A stretch of 64,000 bases of DNA. Origin: Zootoca vivipara. Its lineage: Eukaryota. How positions within the stretch are numbered: the stretch's first letter is position 1; each line of letters starts with the position of its first letter. The stretch is from positions 29,388,001 to 29,452,000 of the forward strand of contig NC_083286.1 of NCBI RefSeq assembly GCF_963506605.1, read 5' to 3'. Under the pieces are notes generated by a model. The model saw only the letters and a program-made list of their open reading frames with translations. It had not been told where the DNA came from and did no database searches. This document shows, piece by piece, positions 24,500 through 37,859 of the stretch. The translations under genes were made by a program, and so were the position numbers.

Positions 24500-25350
24500 G
24501 TGACTCCTACACGGACTTTTGCCACGCGCGGTCCGGAGGCTCCCTGCCCTCCTTCCCTGCCTGGAAACGGGGAGGATCCTGCCTGCCTGCCGAAACGCTG
24601 GGCAATACGCAGCCACTAACCCCCCCCTAAACTCCCCCCCGCCTCGCACAACGCTCCGCAGTTCATGAAGCCGGAGGCGGAGGAGAAAAAACCCCCTCCA
24701 AACCCCCGAGCGCAACAACCTCCCTCTCCGCTGTTGGAGCGAGCAGCCTTTGCGCCTGCGCACACTCCCCGCAGCTCCCTCCGTCGGGCCTTCGCGGGCT
24801 CCCTGGAAAAAGAAAAGAAAAGGGGGTGGCGCTAATTTGCGGACGTGGCGCCGGCGCCGCTCTGCTGCCTCGGCCGGGGCCTGGCCTGTCAGCGCGGAAA
24901 TAAGGTGCAGCGGCTCCTCGGAGGCGGCCATTGCCGAGACCGGGTCGGGAGGGACAGGTGCCGCCGCCAGGGTGAGGGGCGGCGATAAGTCTGTCACCGT
25001 CTGGCCGGCGGAGGAGGCTCTTTCGCGGGCTGCCTCCCTCCACAAAGAGGAGCCCCCTTCCTGAGGGAGGCAGGTAGGGTGGAAGGCGGGCCGCTGCGGG
25101 GCCCAGAGCTGCCGTCTCAGGAAAGGGGCCCGCTCTGTCGGCTTCTCTTTTTGCCTCCTGCCCCCTTGGACGGTTAGGAGAGTTTGCTGCTCCGGAGAGA
25201 GTGGGGTGGGGGTGGGGTGGGGTCGGCGGAAGCCCAGCTGGGCCGATGAAAGAGCCGCCGGTGGGGGTGGGCAGCGCAGTTAGGGCCCCTCGGATGCTGC
25301 TTTACGGTTGACCGCCGGGGGCCGCACTAGACGGGCCACCCTGGCCTGGC
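24500..25350 (+). promoter_or_regulatory. CpG island / LYSMD3 promoter with non-coding first exon ending at 25073
   Basis: CpG-rich; NRF1-like TGCGCCTGCGCA at 24751-24762; ETS-like CGGAAAT near 24895; CAG|gtaggg donor at 25073/25074. Confidence 0.75.
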
Positions 25351-26340
25351 CCAGCAGACTCCTCTGATGCCCTTCATCATGTGATGCTCTGGTCGGGGTG
25401 GGTGGGGGCTCCTTGGGAAACCTCGCTTCGCTCACTTCTGTGGGGGAAGGCGCTTTTGATGACAACACGTGTTATTATTTCACTTCAGAATGGGAGGCTA
25501 ACTAGGCCTTCTGGGTTTTAAGGGTCCTCCTGCTCATCTTGCCAAGGGGTGGTCCAAAGTCCTGCCCTCCTGAGTGCTCCGCTTCTAGGTTTTGTCAGCT
25601 TTCCTTTCTGGGCTCAGCTGCCTGGGTGTTTAGGATGTGTAGTTTCCGGACCATCACTCAGCAGGTGCCTCTTTCCCTCCAACGTGACTTTACTGCCATA
25701 GTTACTGTTAAAAAGACGCAGAAGGCTGTCGGAGGCAAACTTGGCTGCCATAGGTATTCTTTGCTTTATTGGTGGGAAATATCTGCTACCGAGATGGACC
25801 TGGAACCCAGTTCTTACAGGTCCAAGCCCCACTCCTCTGCTCAATAGGCAAGCTTGATGTAGGGATCCCTATAAAGATAATGCCCAGATAATGTTGATGG
25901 GGGTTGGTTAGGAGCTGGGAAAGTGTGTTTCTGTGGTGGGCAGGTGGTTCTTGTATACACTGTAAATCAGAAACCGGATCGCCTCCTACTGAAATACCTT
26001 GCTCCTCATATAGATTACTAGATAGTTTTCTTACTTCCAAACATGCAGGTTCAGCGATAGTCTTCATTCTCTGTTCTTCCCTCTCCATCCCTGCAAGCAC
26101 TGTTGTCTCTCTAGTGTCCATTTCTATTTGTTTTGTTTTCAATTATTAACCTGGAAAATCTGTGCATGCCAAATGGTTTGGTGGTTTTTTTTAGGAATAT
26201 GTGTGGGTTGGCAGCAGGGAGGTGAATTTTTTGTCCTATTGCTCATAGGTGTTCTATATAAATTAGTACTTAAGCTGGGATGCTCTGTTTGACTAGTTGT
26301 CCTATTTTTCTTTTTCTTATGTTAGACTCCTTTTGACAGA

Positions 26341-26610
26341 ATGACAGCAAAAAAACAGAATTTCAGTTTCCAGCTCCCTGCTGTAGTGCAGCCTACAGTG
26401 GATAATCATTTGTATACATTTGGGAATGGTATCAGTTCCGACAGTGATGTGCTAGAAGATGATACAGAGCTGTATGAACTGCGACCCAGGGGAAGGGAGA
26501 AAGTCCGAAGAAGTACATCAAGAGAAAGGATTGATGATATTGTATTTATAACCAAGGACATAAAGGAAGGAGACACACTAAATGCAATAGCTCTCCAGTA
26601 TTGTTGTTCA
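26341..26610 (+). CDS. LYSMD3: LYSMD3 coding exon 1 (N-terminus and first half of LysM domain)
   Basis: [13 protein letters not shown]...[46 protein letters not shown]|gtaagt. Polypyrimidine tract and AG upstream (26324-26325). Confidence 0.95.
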
Positions 26611-27560
26611 GTAAGTCTGTATGCAACTTTTTCCAGTGGAATTTTGTGACATGTGAATGCAGAAAGCTTTTAAATTCTTTTACAAAAATATTAACTTATT
26701 TGCAATAGAAAAAACTTGAAGGATTGTTTGACACAACCCCAGATGCATTGTACAGCTTGATTTGATAGATTTGTGCCACACTGAAGTGTGCTGTGAAGCA
26801 ACTACAAGAGTCTTGCATAGGTTTTGGAATTGTATTTAACTTTTACTCAGAGTAGACCCATTAAAATGAATGGCCATTACTAACTTAGGTCTATTAATTT
26901 TAAACTAAGACTTAGTGGAATGTAACCCTTGATGGTGTTTGCCTCACTGAATAGGAATATATTATGGTGCTGCCACAGAAGGTTCCAGAACTTGTTGGTG
27001 ATAGCAGGTTGAAAGTTTCTGCTCTTATGTGCAGTGCGTGGATGTGCATGCATATTCAAATGAATCATCATTTGGATCTACGACAACCAAATGGTTGCAG
27101 ACCTAAATAAACTGGTATGTGTGTCAGCACACAATAATTATGTTTCCAAAATGATTTTTGGATAATGTTTAGTTCTCATGAACTAGTCCACTAGACCCAA
27201 ATTACATGTTAGAAGAGCCCCTGAGATTACAACTATATTCATTCCTTTAAGTGTAAAAACATATCTTCTGGTGGGGATAATGGGGAAGGAAAAGCAGCAA
27301 GTCCTGCTGTTTTAAATGGGGGTAAGACAAGCAGTGGGTAGGAGCAGGGAAAGGTTTGAACACAGGTCCTTGCTTTGTCTAAAAACTCTGTTATCCCCAG
27401 AAAAGGCTTGGAGGTAATTCCCTTTGACCTTGCTGCCTGGTACAGTAAATGGATTTAGGATTGCAGCCTTAAAGGCTATTGGGCTGCAGCTATTTACAGT
27501 GCATAATTTGGAACTTGTTAGTTAAGATATTGCACTAACACAAATTAGTGGTGCTAATTA

Positions 27561-27913
27561 GGGAGGTGGGTGGCACTGTGGGTTGAACCACAGAGCCTAG
27601 GCTTGCTGATCAGAAGGTCAGCGGTTTAGATCCCCGCGACAGGGTGAGCTCCTGTTGCTCGGTCCCAGCTCCTGCCAACCTAGCAGTTCGAAAGCATGTC
27701 AAAGTGCAAGTAGATAAATAGGTACCACTCCAACCGGGAAGGTAAATGGCGCTTCCGTGTGCTGCTCTGATTCGCCAGAAGTGCTTTGTCATGCTGGCCA
27801 CATGATCTGGAAGCTGTCTGCCGGCTCCCTCGGCCAATAACGCAAGATGAGTGCCGCAACCCCAGAGTCGGTCACGACTGGACCTAATGGTCAGGGGTCC
27901 CCTTTACCCTTAC
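27561..27913 (+). mobile_element. Sauria SINE (full length)
   Basis: gggtggcactgtgggttgaacc...gatcagaaggtcagcggttt...gtgcaagtagataaataggtacc...ggtcaggggtcccctttacc, the Sauria SINE head, body and tail. Confidence 0.88.
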
Positions 27914-28291
27914 ATTTCTGAAAACCTCTCCCCTTTCTTATAATAGGGTAAGTTGCAAGAAGGGCAACACAATTGCCTGTTTCGGAGAAATGTGGTCCCA
28001 TAGCTTTAATCAAGTGACTAACATTATAGTAGCTGAAATTTCTATAGTATCCCATCAGCTGCTACTTTTATGTTCCTAAGAAGTTCTGAACAACCCCTTA
28101 TACCATATGGAAAACTATTTGTTTTTTAATTGAAAGGCATTTTCAAAAGACTGTTTGTAATATGTCATGGCAGATGGGGAGTACATGTTTAAAGAAAAGG
28201 AACTTGAATGCAGCTAACTGATCCCAGATCCCAGCATCTTGCCAGTTGTTGGGAGTCAAAGTGAGTGGTATGAGTGGTAATTGGTTTAGAT

Positions 28292-28427
28292 CAGGCATCC
28301 CCAAACTTCGGCCCTCCAGATGTTTTGGACTTCAATTCCCATCTTCCCCGACCATTGGTCCTGTTAGCTAGGGATCATGGGAGTTGTAGGCCAAAACATC
28401 TGGAGGGCCGCAGTTTGGGGATGCCTG
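28292..28427. mobile_element. 136-bp palindromic hAT MITE
   Basis: TIRs CAGGCATCCCCAAACT...AGTTTGGGGATGCCTG; perfect TSD gtttagat. Confidence 0.92.
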
Positions 28428-29392
28428 GTTTAGATGCATAGAATAGTAGAAACAGTGCTTTACAGCTAGTTATTTAATCAGTTTCATAGAACAAAAATGC
28501 TGGTTATAAAAAAATGGATTCTGAAGATCAGAATAACTAAGAGAACTAAATTAATTTTTTCTTAGGCCACAACAGCTGTAACAGGCTTTGGGTAAAGTGC
28601 TTACTAGGTGCACATGTGACACAAGGATCACCTTTAGGAACTTTTACTTTATATGTGTGGTGTTAGCGGGTCAAAACAAGTGCATTTAAATAAGACTGGG
28701 TGTATGTGGAACACCTGTGACTTTCACAATATCTGGTTTTGCCTTTGAAATATTGGATTACATGTTATGACTGCACATATAGAAAATGAATAGTCCTCCC
28801 TATCAGGAGTTTCTTGAAGCACTGACTCACTCCATGACTTTCCCTGCCCTTCAAAAAGGAGAAAGAACCCCAGAATAGCTCTGCCTGGAGAAAGGAGTCA
28901 TGGTTGGCCCTAGGTAACCCCAACTCCTGCTGCTATCTAGGCTATCATTTTCTTTTTCAGTTGAGTAGTTGATGCTTTCATAACAAATTTCCTCTGCTTC
29001 TTTCCTGATTAAACAGTTTAAGCAGAAGAACCATAACAAACAATACAACAATATAGTTGGAGGTAAGAAGCCCATTCTAAGTCATTTGATTCACAGGGGC
29101 TCGTCTTACCATCCTGGGGAGATAGGAAAGGCAAGGTGAGCCAGTGCTTCCAGCCCCACTCTTTTTTCTTTTTCTTTGACCTGTTGAGATTAGATCCTTT
29201 AGATTCCCATAGCCTTTTCCTACCCACAATCATAACTGGCTGTTTCAATTGCAATAACATGTAGACAGGCTTTTTATGCCAATTTATTTTTAAAAAGTTC
29301 AACAGTTAGGACTTGGAAAATGAATGCTGGTCACTCAAGAGTAGCCTTTTCAAAAATGCTAATTCTTTCCTTTGTTAACTATTGTGTTTCAG

Positions 29393-29968
29393 GTAGCAGA
29401 TATCAAAAGGGTGAACAATCTTATTACAGATCAGGACTTCTTTGCACTGCGAACTATTAAAATTCCAGTGAAGAAGTTCAGTGTATTGACTGAGACACAC
29501 AGCTTTCCAAAAAGCAGGCAAGCTTCAAGATCTGCTTCTACTTTGTACTCTACAGAATCCCCAGATGCATCACAAGCTGCCGAGCCATTCTCCACAGAGA
29601 CTGTTGGTAACTTTTTGAAAGAAGTAGACCGTGATATAGAACAAATAGTGAAGTGTAATGCTACAAAGAGAGAGAATCTTCATGAAGTTGTTTCTGCCTT
29701 ATCAACCCAACAGTTAAACTTTGAACCGGACGGTAAATCCATCAAGCGGAAAGATCCTCATTATGGAGCAGATTGGGGAATAAGATGGTCAACAGCAGTA
29801 GTGATAATGGTAGTGGTGGTAATAATAACTCCTGTTTTTTATCTTTTATACTATGAGGTTTTAGCTAAAGTGGATGTCAGCCACCATTCTACAGCAGAAT
29901 ATACTTCAGTTACAGCACCATCTCAGCCCAAACCACTAGAAAATGGAATAAATCACCCTATTTCATGA
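29393..29968 (+). CDS. LYSMD3: LYSMD3 coding exon 2 (rest of LysM domain, transmembrane helix, stop); protein 281 aa
   Basis: tttcag|GTA GCA GAT; [26 protein letters not shown]...GADWGI...[33 protein letters not shown]; TGA at 29966-29968. Confidence 0.95.
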   Translation, partial: VADIKRVNNLITDQDFFALRTIKIPVKKFSVLTETHSFPKSRQASRSASTLYSTESPDASQAAEPFSTETVGNFLKEVDRDIEQIVKCNATKRENLHEVVSALSTQQLNFEPDGKSIKRKDPHYGADWGIRWSTAVVIMVVVVIITPVFYLLYYEVLAKVDVSHHSTAEYTSVTAPSQPKPLENGINHPIS

Positions 29969-31924
29969 TAACTGAAATTTTTGTTTTACATGCTAAAGTC
30001 TTGGGCAATCGTTCAATGTGTTCTGCAAAGAAAAAAGAACAACAGGTCCTGTGTGGAGTTGGAAACTAGCTATCTTTGTGGCGGCATTTAATAAAAACTC
30101 TTGCAGAGGGTATGGAAGATGTCACCTTTCAATGGAAAAGTTGTTGCCAAGTTCAGTGTGAGATTGTTGATTGAATACCAATTGTCTGGATCTGCCAAAA
30201 TATGTGGATCTAAGCTGGCAAACTCCCACTAAGTGAAAGGAGCTTCATTGCAGCCAGCAAACAATGAAATGGTTTTCTTTAGTCTGGAAGTAAGTTAGCT
30301 TCCTGTATTATAAAAGATAAACCATTCTCTTCTAGCATGGAATATAATAGAAATCATGAAGGTAGGGGTTTAAAACAATTTTAGCTTATCAGATATGCAG
30401 AACAAGTACAATGCTCTGTTGTTGATCTAACATACACTACATGGACTATGATATTTACAGTACTTTTTCATGAGAAAAGACCAATGAGCCATGAGACTAA
30501 ACTGCACTTGGCATGCAAACATCTGTAACAGTGTATTGATACTGTTACTACTTTTAATAACAGTTTTGGGAGGGCAAAAGGTGTTGAGCAAGGAAGGATA
30601 TTCTTAAACCATTCCCTACTTGTAGTCTTTCTGCTCCCAAGCGACCCCCCTAAGTGCTGTTACTATTGAAGAGTTCCAAAGGTGCAAATGTATATGTAAT
30701 TTGGTGCAGACAAATGGCAATGTCTTCTCCCCTACCCTTTAAATGAAAAGGCATTGGAGCCCCAGTGGACACTTTTTGCAGGGAACAGTTACCTGGCGTG
30801 AAGACCTTGCACTAGCTCTGGGACTCTTTCCCCCTCACCTGCAAGGTGGCTCCAGGATTTTGACTATATGTGATGTTTGCATATATGCCTAACCCTTGGA
30901 AGTGAACCCCTGTGTAAGATGAGGGATTACTCATACAAACATGTGACTCACATGTCAAACTGATTTTTATTGCATTAAACAGGGCTGTATCCAGTGTTAA
31001 TAATACTCCAAGTAGACCCTTTGAAATTGATGGAAATTGCATTACATTAATTAAAGTGGATTTGCTCTGAGTAGAACTTCGTTGAATAAAACGGTTAATG
31101 CATTTGACTACATAGAGTCAGCTAACTGCCCCCTAAATTGTTTTCCTCTAGCAAAAAGGAAATATTTTTTTAAAAAAACTTTATTGAATTAAAAAAAAAC
31201 ATCACCCACAGCTGCACAACAATAAAAAATATACAATCATAACTTTGGTGTTACGGCAAAAAGGTAATCTTTATGTTCTTTATGTTCTTATGCAAAAGCG
31301 TACTAAACCATTAAACCACTATGCCTTCTCATGTCATATTAACCTGCAAACTTGGAGTTTTGCTAATAATTAATAATCCTAAAAGGCAGAGAAGCAAGCT
31401 AACACAAGTTGTTGCGAAAAATAGAAGCCAAGTTTTTTATTAAGCAGTTCTTGGTTATTCTGAAGAAATATATTCTAGTATTCTAGTTTAAAAGTTCCAC
31501 AGAGAACTCATGCAGTAGAAAAAAATGGCCAAGTATTTTAAAAAAACCTGCTAGTTGGGACTACAGTAATTGAAAATTAGTGAAACACACATTCCCATAA
31601 TCCTAATTTAATATGCCCCTTATTTATACATAAATGTTTTCCCCCTTTTTTTTAACAGTAAGAAGTATGCTGCTAGCCTGTGCAATGCATAAGCTTGCTT
31701 CTGCATGCTTTTAGATGTGTCTTCTAGAACAGGATTTCAGCTGCAATCTGAAGCTCCCCACCTTTTCCTGTCAGGAAGCACCACAGAATTCATTAGGACT
31801 TACTTCTGAGTAGACATGGTTCAGATTGTCGTGTTAGTGTATTTACATGACGTGATGCTAAAGTGTACATCATGTATATGGTGTAGAACTTTGTAGTCTC
31901 AGTCTCCAACTCCAGTCTGAACAC

Positions 31925-32055
31925 AAGGCCAGTCCACTTGTGCATGGACATATGCAGCAGGAATTCCAACAGGCAGGACCAATATATAAAGAAAGTATTG
32001 GTCCTGCTGGTTGGTATTCCTGCTGCATATGTCCATGCACGAGTGGACTGGCCTT
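31925..32055. repeat. Long inverted repeat (60-bp arms, 11-nt loop)
   Basis: Arms 31925-31984 and 31996-32055 are reverse complements with 4 differences. Confidence 0.93.
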
Positions 32056-32280
32056 CTGCTCAGGCTAGAATACAAGTTTAAACTGTCATAATAGAATGCC
32101 GACAGACATCTTCACATCTAGTCACTATAACTTACGGCTCACTATTAAATTCTCAAAAGCAAGTTACTGCTTTATATACACTTGCTAGAGAACTTGATAA
32201 TGAGCTGATTATGATTCAGGCAGTATCTAAATCTCAGAAAGTTTTTTGAGTATGAGAAAGCTTTTTGGACTGATGTTAAG

Positions 32281-32549
32281 GAGAGCTGGGCAATATCTGG
32301 TTTTCAACATCACAATATATCACCCGCTAAACATTGTGATATAGCGATATATCACAATGTCTAAAATGAGGATGGAGCTGTGCAGAGGTATTGGCTGGCT
32401 TCACGGTTTTCCCCACATAATTTTTGCATAGCACACACATATATATCATGATTCACAATATATTACCAGGTCAAAAACTATGAAACAGATATCATGATAT
32501 TGACTTCCAGCTGGTTTTGGATGATATATCAATATATCACCCAGCCCTA
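32281..32549. mobile_element. hAT-type element (TAGGGCTGGG...CCCAGCCCTA ends)
   Basis: gagagctgggcaatat...atatcacccagcccta; TSD atgttaag/atgttaac; internal atatatc repeats. Confidence 0.7.
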
Positions 32550-33070
32550 ATGTTAACTATTAATTCCTTTTGAATTTTTAGGTTGTATCCATATATTAAG
32601 ACAGGCCATAAGAAAACTAACTATTTGGAGTTAATTATGTTGGCTTCATGTATAATTGCTTTCATGGAATTAAGTTTTAGTGCTGTGCCCTTGGCTTTTC
32701 TGGATGGCCACTCCATCCTTGGAGAAACCTTGGAACAGGGTTTCTGTGTGTTCTGGAAACTGGTAGTGATCAGCATCCTATATATATAGATCCTTCTGAA
32801 AAATATCTGTCTTGAGTTTAGCTGCAGGGAAATGTTTGTTGCATCAAGTGAATTTGTGTGCTTTTTGATGTTGGACAAGGAAATTTTTATGTTGGCTGCA
32901 GGGAAATTAAGAGCCAAATCTGTGGTTCAACTCTGAATGTCTTTCCCCCCCTTTGTTATGGTTTATAGCCAAACAAGTAAAGGTGTTGCTTGACAATATA
33001 TAGTTGTAAAATATTCACATGTGTGAAATGATGGCAGCAGAAATCTATATTATATAGACTCTTTGTTTTC

Positions 33071-33076
33071 AATAAA
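33071..33076 (+). terminator. Candidate LYSMD3 polyadenylation signal (other AATAAA at 30090 and 35562)
   Basis: AATAAA followed by T-rich sequence downstream of the LYSMD3 stop. Usage cannot be shown from sequence alone. Confidence 0.45.
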
Positions 33077-36000
33077 AGCAACTTATTTTTACAACTTATT
33101 TTTAAAGTTTGGTTGTAATGTGATAGCCCTTTTAAAAAACTGTGCTATGGAGTCCCCAAAACAGAGTATGTTATCTGTAGAGAAGATACAAGGTTTAAAA
33201 TTTGAACAAAATCTCTGAGGCATAGGCCCGTTCATCAGTTACAGGGAAAGCATCATTGGCCCAGCTCACATGCCATGCTAAAACATTCTCTTAGTGTTAT
33301 GCTCAAGTGGGGATCATAGTTTGTTTCACAGCAAACAAACCACAATTGGTAAGCCAAGAACAAATTGTAGTTTGTTTGAAGTGAAACGAACCACTATCCT
33401 TGCTTTGGGTGTAAGGCCAAGGATCAGAGTTTGTTTTTTGGAGCAGCCAAGATTGATGTGTTCACAGTCAACCATTAATTGTAGATTGTGATGATGTGTG
33501 AATGATTCCAAGGTCCTATGGGATTCTAAATGCTTAAAAATTTATTATAGCAGAAGCTTTTGTGGACTACATAGTTAATGTTATCAGATTCATGAAGCAT
33601 TATTCTGAATTACTAGTATTCATCCCTGGATGTGGTTGCTGTTTTATTCTGACTTGCTTATGGAACCAACACCAATGCAGTTGGTTTCTGCATGTGTTAT
33701 TCCACTTTTTCTTTTAATGAATTTATAAGAACGGGGTGCTTAGCCATCTGGTTTTGTATTTTAAAGCTCCCTTACCATCCTTAATCATGCATGAAAATGT
33801 CTGAGATGTACTTCATGAAATTAATCAGTTCCCCACTATCACTATGCAGCCCAGCACTGTATATGCATGCGGGGGGGGGGAGCACTTACCCCTTGGATGC
33901 GTGGCTGGGTTCAGACTGTTTTGAATGTGGTTTTGGGTGTAGCATCTCTTGAGTTTATCATCCTCCTGGATTAGAATGGGGAAACTGTGGAATGTTGCTT
34001 TCAATAGGGTACTTATTGGAATACGGTCATCCCCATTCATATTCTGCTGCAAGTAGTCACACAAATACCGTTTTTTCTATATGACTGGCTGGTTCAGTGG
34101 ATGTGGGCAGCAAAAAGAGACAAGAGCATTATAGCAGGATCCATACAACTGGATAGACTGCTTTACCTAGCGAAGAACTATATCTTAGGTGACCTAGGCA
34201 ACTGTAATACAGGCCCTTAAAAAAAGACACTTCTATGTCACTAGGTTCAACTTTTTCTGACCCAGGATCCACCTTTAACCCAAGCATAAATTTAGTGGCT
34301 CATTATTATTATTATTTTTTAAAAAACCCATATATTTGTATGGTGGCGGTAGTGGTACTTTTGCAACCCATCTTAGATCAGTGCTCTAAGCAATCAGTTT
34401 CACATGTGAATTCAAATGAAATGACCGGAGGGAATGCTAAACTGCAGGAAAAGAAAGTTGCAGATGTGCCACTTCTGAAATTTTTTTGGGGGTAAAGTGC
34501 TGGATAAAGTGGAATACCAAGCACAGCCAAGTGTAGAAGAGTTCTAAACATAAAAGGGGAATTTATAGACCTAGCTAGATAATTTATTAAAATTCTGTGT
34601 CACTTTTTTAGATAAAACTTGCAAGGCAGCATGCAGTATGATTTCTAAACTACATTTGAACTGTTTACACATTACCTAGACAGGTTAGTGTACCGCAGCT
34701 AAATCATTTTTGTGGTGATAATTTGAACTGAGGCATCTGGAAAATTCTTGTCAAATAGTGAAAATAATAATCAGCATAGTATTCTGTACCAAAAATACTA
34801 CCTTGGACTTTGCTGTAGCTCAAGGATCTGTGCCTTATTTCTGCAATTTAACTATGCTAAACCTGTTTCTTTTGTGAAAAGGTGAATAGTGCAGTCATGA
34901 AATAGAAGGTCTGTTGAAATATCAGAATGAGGACCTGCTTGTTTTTATTAAAGACACTGATTTATTTTCTGTGTATGAGACTTGGAGTAGCTTTAAGGGG
35001 AAAAGTATGTTAAAGCGCTTCACATGTGCTGTTGGTGTATGTACCGTATTTCTCTTTTCAAAAACAATGTGGCAGAAATGAGTACTTTGTAATCATGTGT
35101 GGTGAATCTATGGTTTGGCAAGGGTAGAAAAAGATAACCTAACGTTCCACAAAGTGGATTATTGGATTATTATTATTTTACTGTGCATTCTAGTGGATCC
35201 TATTGACAAATCTAGCTCAATACTAAAGTTGTCCAAGCCTCATTTATTTCAGGGGGACTTCTGCCTACATACTTAGGGTCACAGTTGTAAATTTTAAGAA
35301 TTCTACTAAAAAAAAATATTATAATATGGTCACCAGATTTCTAAATAGAATCCATGATTGAACAGGGAAATTGGCACTTAATCTGTGTATTGTACTATGA
35401 AACCATGTGCAATGTTTTTACCCGCTGGATTGGTTATTCAAAGGAACACTGCCACAAATGTTCTTTACATAATTAAGCCGTTTATAAGTGTTTTGGAATT
35501 TATAAGATCCTTATGGCAAGAATATATTTTCTCTTTGAATTCTTAATTCCAGAAAAATGCAAATAAAGAAATATATTTTTAATCGTGTTTAGTGATAAAT
35601 TGATGTACCCTATGGATATTCCACACTAATCCAAAAAGCCGCTTTAGTTACAGCAAAGGGTTTTGGCATGCCCATTTCTATGTTCTACTGTGAAAAGCAG
35701 GAACACATCAGAGGTGTCAAGAGGGTATTTTTCTGCAACATGTTTCTTGTGCAGCAGATCTCCTACCGGTAGTACAAATTTTATTTCATTGTTGATTTAA
35801 GGTGTTTATATATACAGTACTGCTTTTCAGGCACACCCAATCAAGCAGTTTACATAAGATTACAACACTAAGCATTGATTTATTTTTTAAACTACAATGG
35901 AAAAGACAACGGCAACAACTGCTGTTTCTCCCATCCCCTCAAAACAAGATTGCATTTTGGAGAAGTCCCTGGGGTGACATTTGAAAAAGGGAGGGCCACT

Positions 36001-36806
36001 ACTGGAAGCTGGATGGTAGGATATATGGAATTAATTGTGCTGCTTTAAAAAAAAACCCCTTTAAGCGGGGATATAAGAAGTACTATTACTATTATTATTA
36101 TTTTATTTACTACCAGAATGTTTCCTGGAAGCACTGCAACATCGTCATTGTTGATGAACTTTTATCAGACAGCGATATATCAGTTCTAGCAATTTGAGTT
36201 TTGATTGTCCTGTAACTGACCTGGAAGTTCAGTAAGCATTTTTATATTATTATTCAGGTGGCCTTACCAAGTACTGTTTATCCAAAGCTCTTGTGATGAT
36301 GCAAAGGGGCAACCCTTTATTAGAAAGCAAGCTAACCTGCAACTGTATTTTATTACACACTACAACACCAGATCCTGTTTTCAGTAAACAGTTTTTATTA
36401 TTTAAAGGCTAGTTTTTATACTTCAGTGCACACATTTCTTTTTCTTCCCCACAACATAGTTTCATAAGCAATACAAAGTGATATGGTACTCTGCCCAGGC
36501 TAGCTCAGTGTTATGTTGTCAGGCACATAACATTTCTGCAAATTAGTTCAGGATAACAAAGCATGGTGTACCTATGTAGGAAACATCTGAGTGCTTTAGC
36601 ATGCCGCCAACACATCTACCATTCCATCAATTGGAAGTGAATATACAGCCTGCTTCAAATATTGAGTCAACACATTCCCATACTGCAGCAAAATGAGAGT
36701 TAATCATTATTGTTAATCTTCTGAAATTACATTATTTTATAACTAGAGGTAACCCAAGTGCGTGTTCAGACTTTCCAGCTGTATTTCCCAGCTACTCAAA
36801 ACAATT

Positions 36807-36893
36807 TCAGTAAGTTGCTTCATCCATGTCATCATCACTGCCGGCTCCATAGTCATCTCCATCTTCAAAGTAGGAAGCAATATAGTCGTTCTC
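36807..36893 (-). CDS. POLR3G: POLR3G (RPC7/RPC32 alpha) last coding exon
   Basis: tttag|ENDYIASYFEDGDDYGAGSDDDMDEATY*, the characteristic RPC7 C-terminus. Confidence 0.95.
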   Translation of the reverse strand, partial: ENDYIASYFEDGDDYGAGSDDDMDEATY

Positions 36894-37751
36894 CTAAAGG
36901 AAATCATATTAGATACTTTAAATTGCTACTTGCAAGAAGTACAGTCACATACTTTTGTTTATATCAAACCTTATGTAACTGGCAGAAATCAATATTACAC
37001 ATGCAGCAAATAAATATAGATCCCAGTCAGGAATGCTTTGATGGTGTTTCCTGCTTGGCAGGGGGTTGGACTGGATGGCCCTTGTGGTCTCTTCCAACTC
37101 CATGCTTCTATGTGCTGGTAGTTGAAGGCAAGGTAATGATAAATATAAATGCTTGTGTTAACAACATATCTAATTTAAATGTTTTTAGTCACTTTTGACA
37201 CCCATGCTCTCCATTCCTAAATGAATTTTCCTTGGTAGCCAATTGATTTCAATGTAATGTACTTTCAATTAAGTGTGGTTAAAACTACGGCCATAAAGCA
37301 TTTTCAGAAGTGACACAAAAAATACCCCCCTCCCCCCCCAAAAAAATCCTTCTGTTGACAATACAATATAGAAAGTGGAAGAAAGCTGCTTTTAAAAGTA
37401 AACAAGATACAGATGGATATGGTTCTGTCATTTGGTTCTGCAATGAAAATACATACAGTATTATCGTTAATTGTAACGATGGAATGGAATGGAAACATCT
37501 TATGGAAACACCATACTATTTACGATGGGGAATCTGCAGCCCTTCAGATGTTACTGTACTCCAGTACCCGTCAACCCCAAGCAGTATGGACAGTGGCCAA
37601 GAGATGATGGGAGCTGTGATTTGGCAGCGTTCAAAGAGCCACAGGTACACCAAGTTTATTGTACTTGCCCCAATCATGTATTATGTCAGGAAAATAATTA
37701 TTGCCACCATCTTGATCTCTACAAAATTTTATTTGTTAAGAAAACCAATAC

Positions 37752-37859
37752 CTCTTCATGCTCTTCTTCATACTCCTCTGGCTCCCCCTCCTCCTCCTCT
37801 TCCTCTTTATCTTTTTCCTCCTCATCTGATTTTTCTTCGTCTCCTTTCTTTTCTAGCTC
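37752..37859 (-). CDS. POLR3G: POLR3G coding exon 6 (acidic region)
   Basis: ccccag|ELEKKGDEEKSDEEEKDKEEEEEEGEPEEYEEEHEE|gtattg; phase 0/0. Confidence 0.93.

Noticed and set aside
24347-25064. 232-aa minus-strand and other ORFs at the LYSMD3 promoter
   Set aside because: CpG-island artefacts; the longest runs into a MITE remnant.
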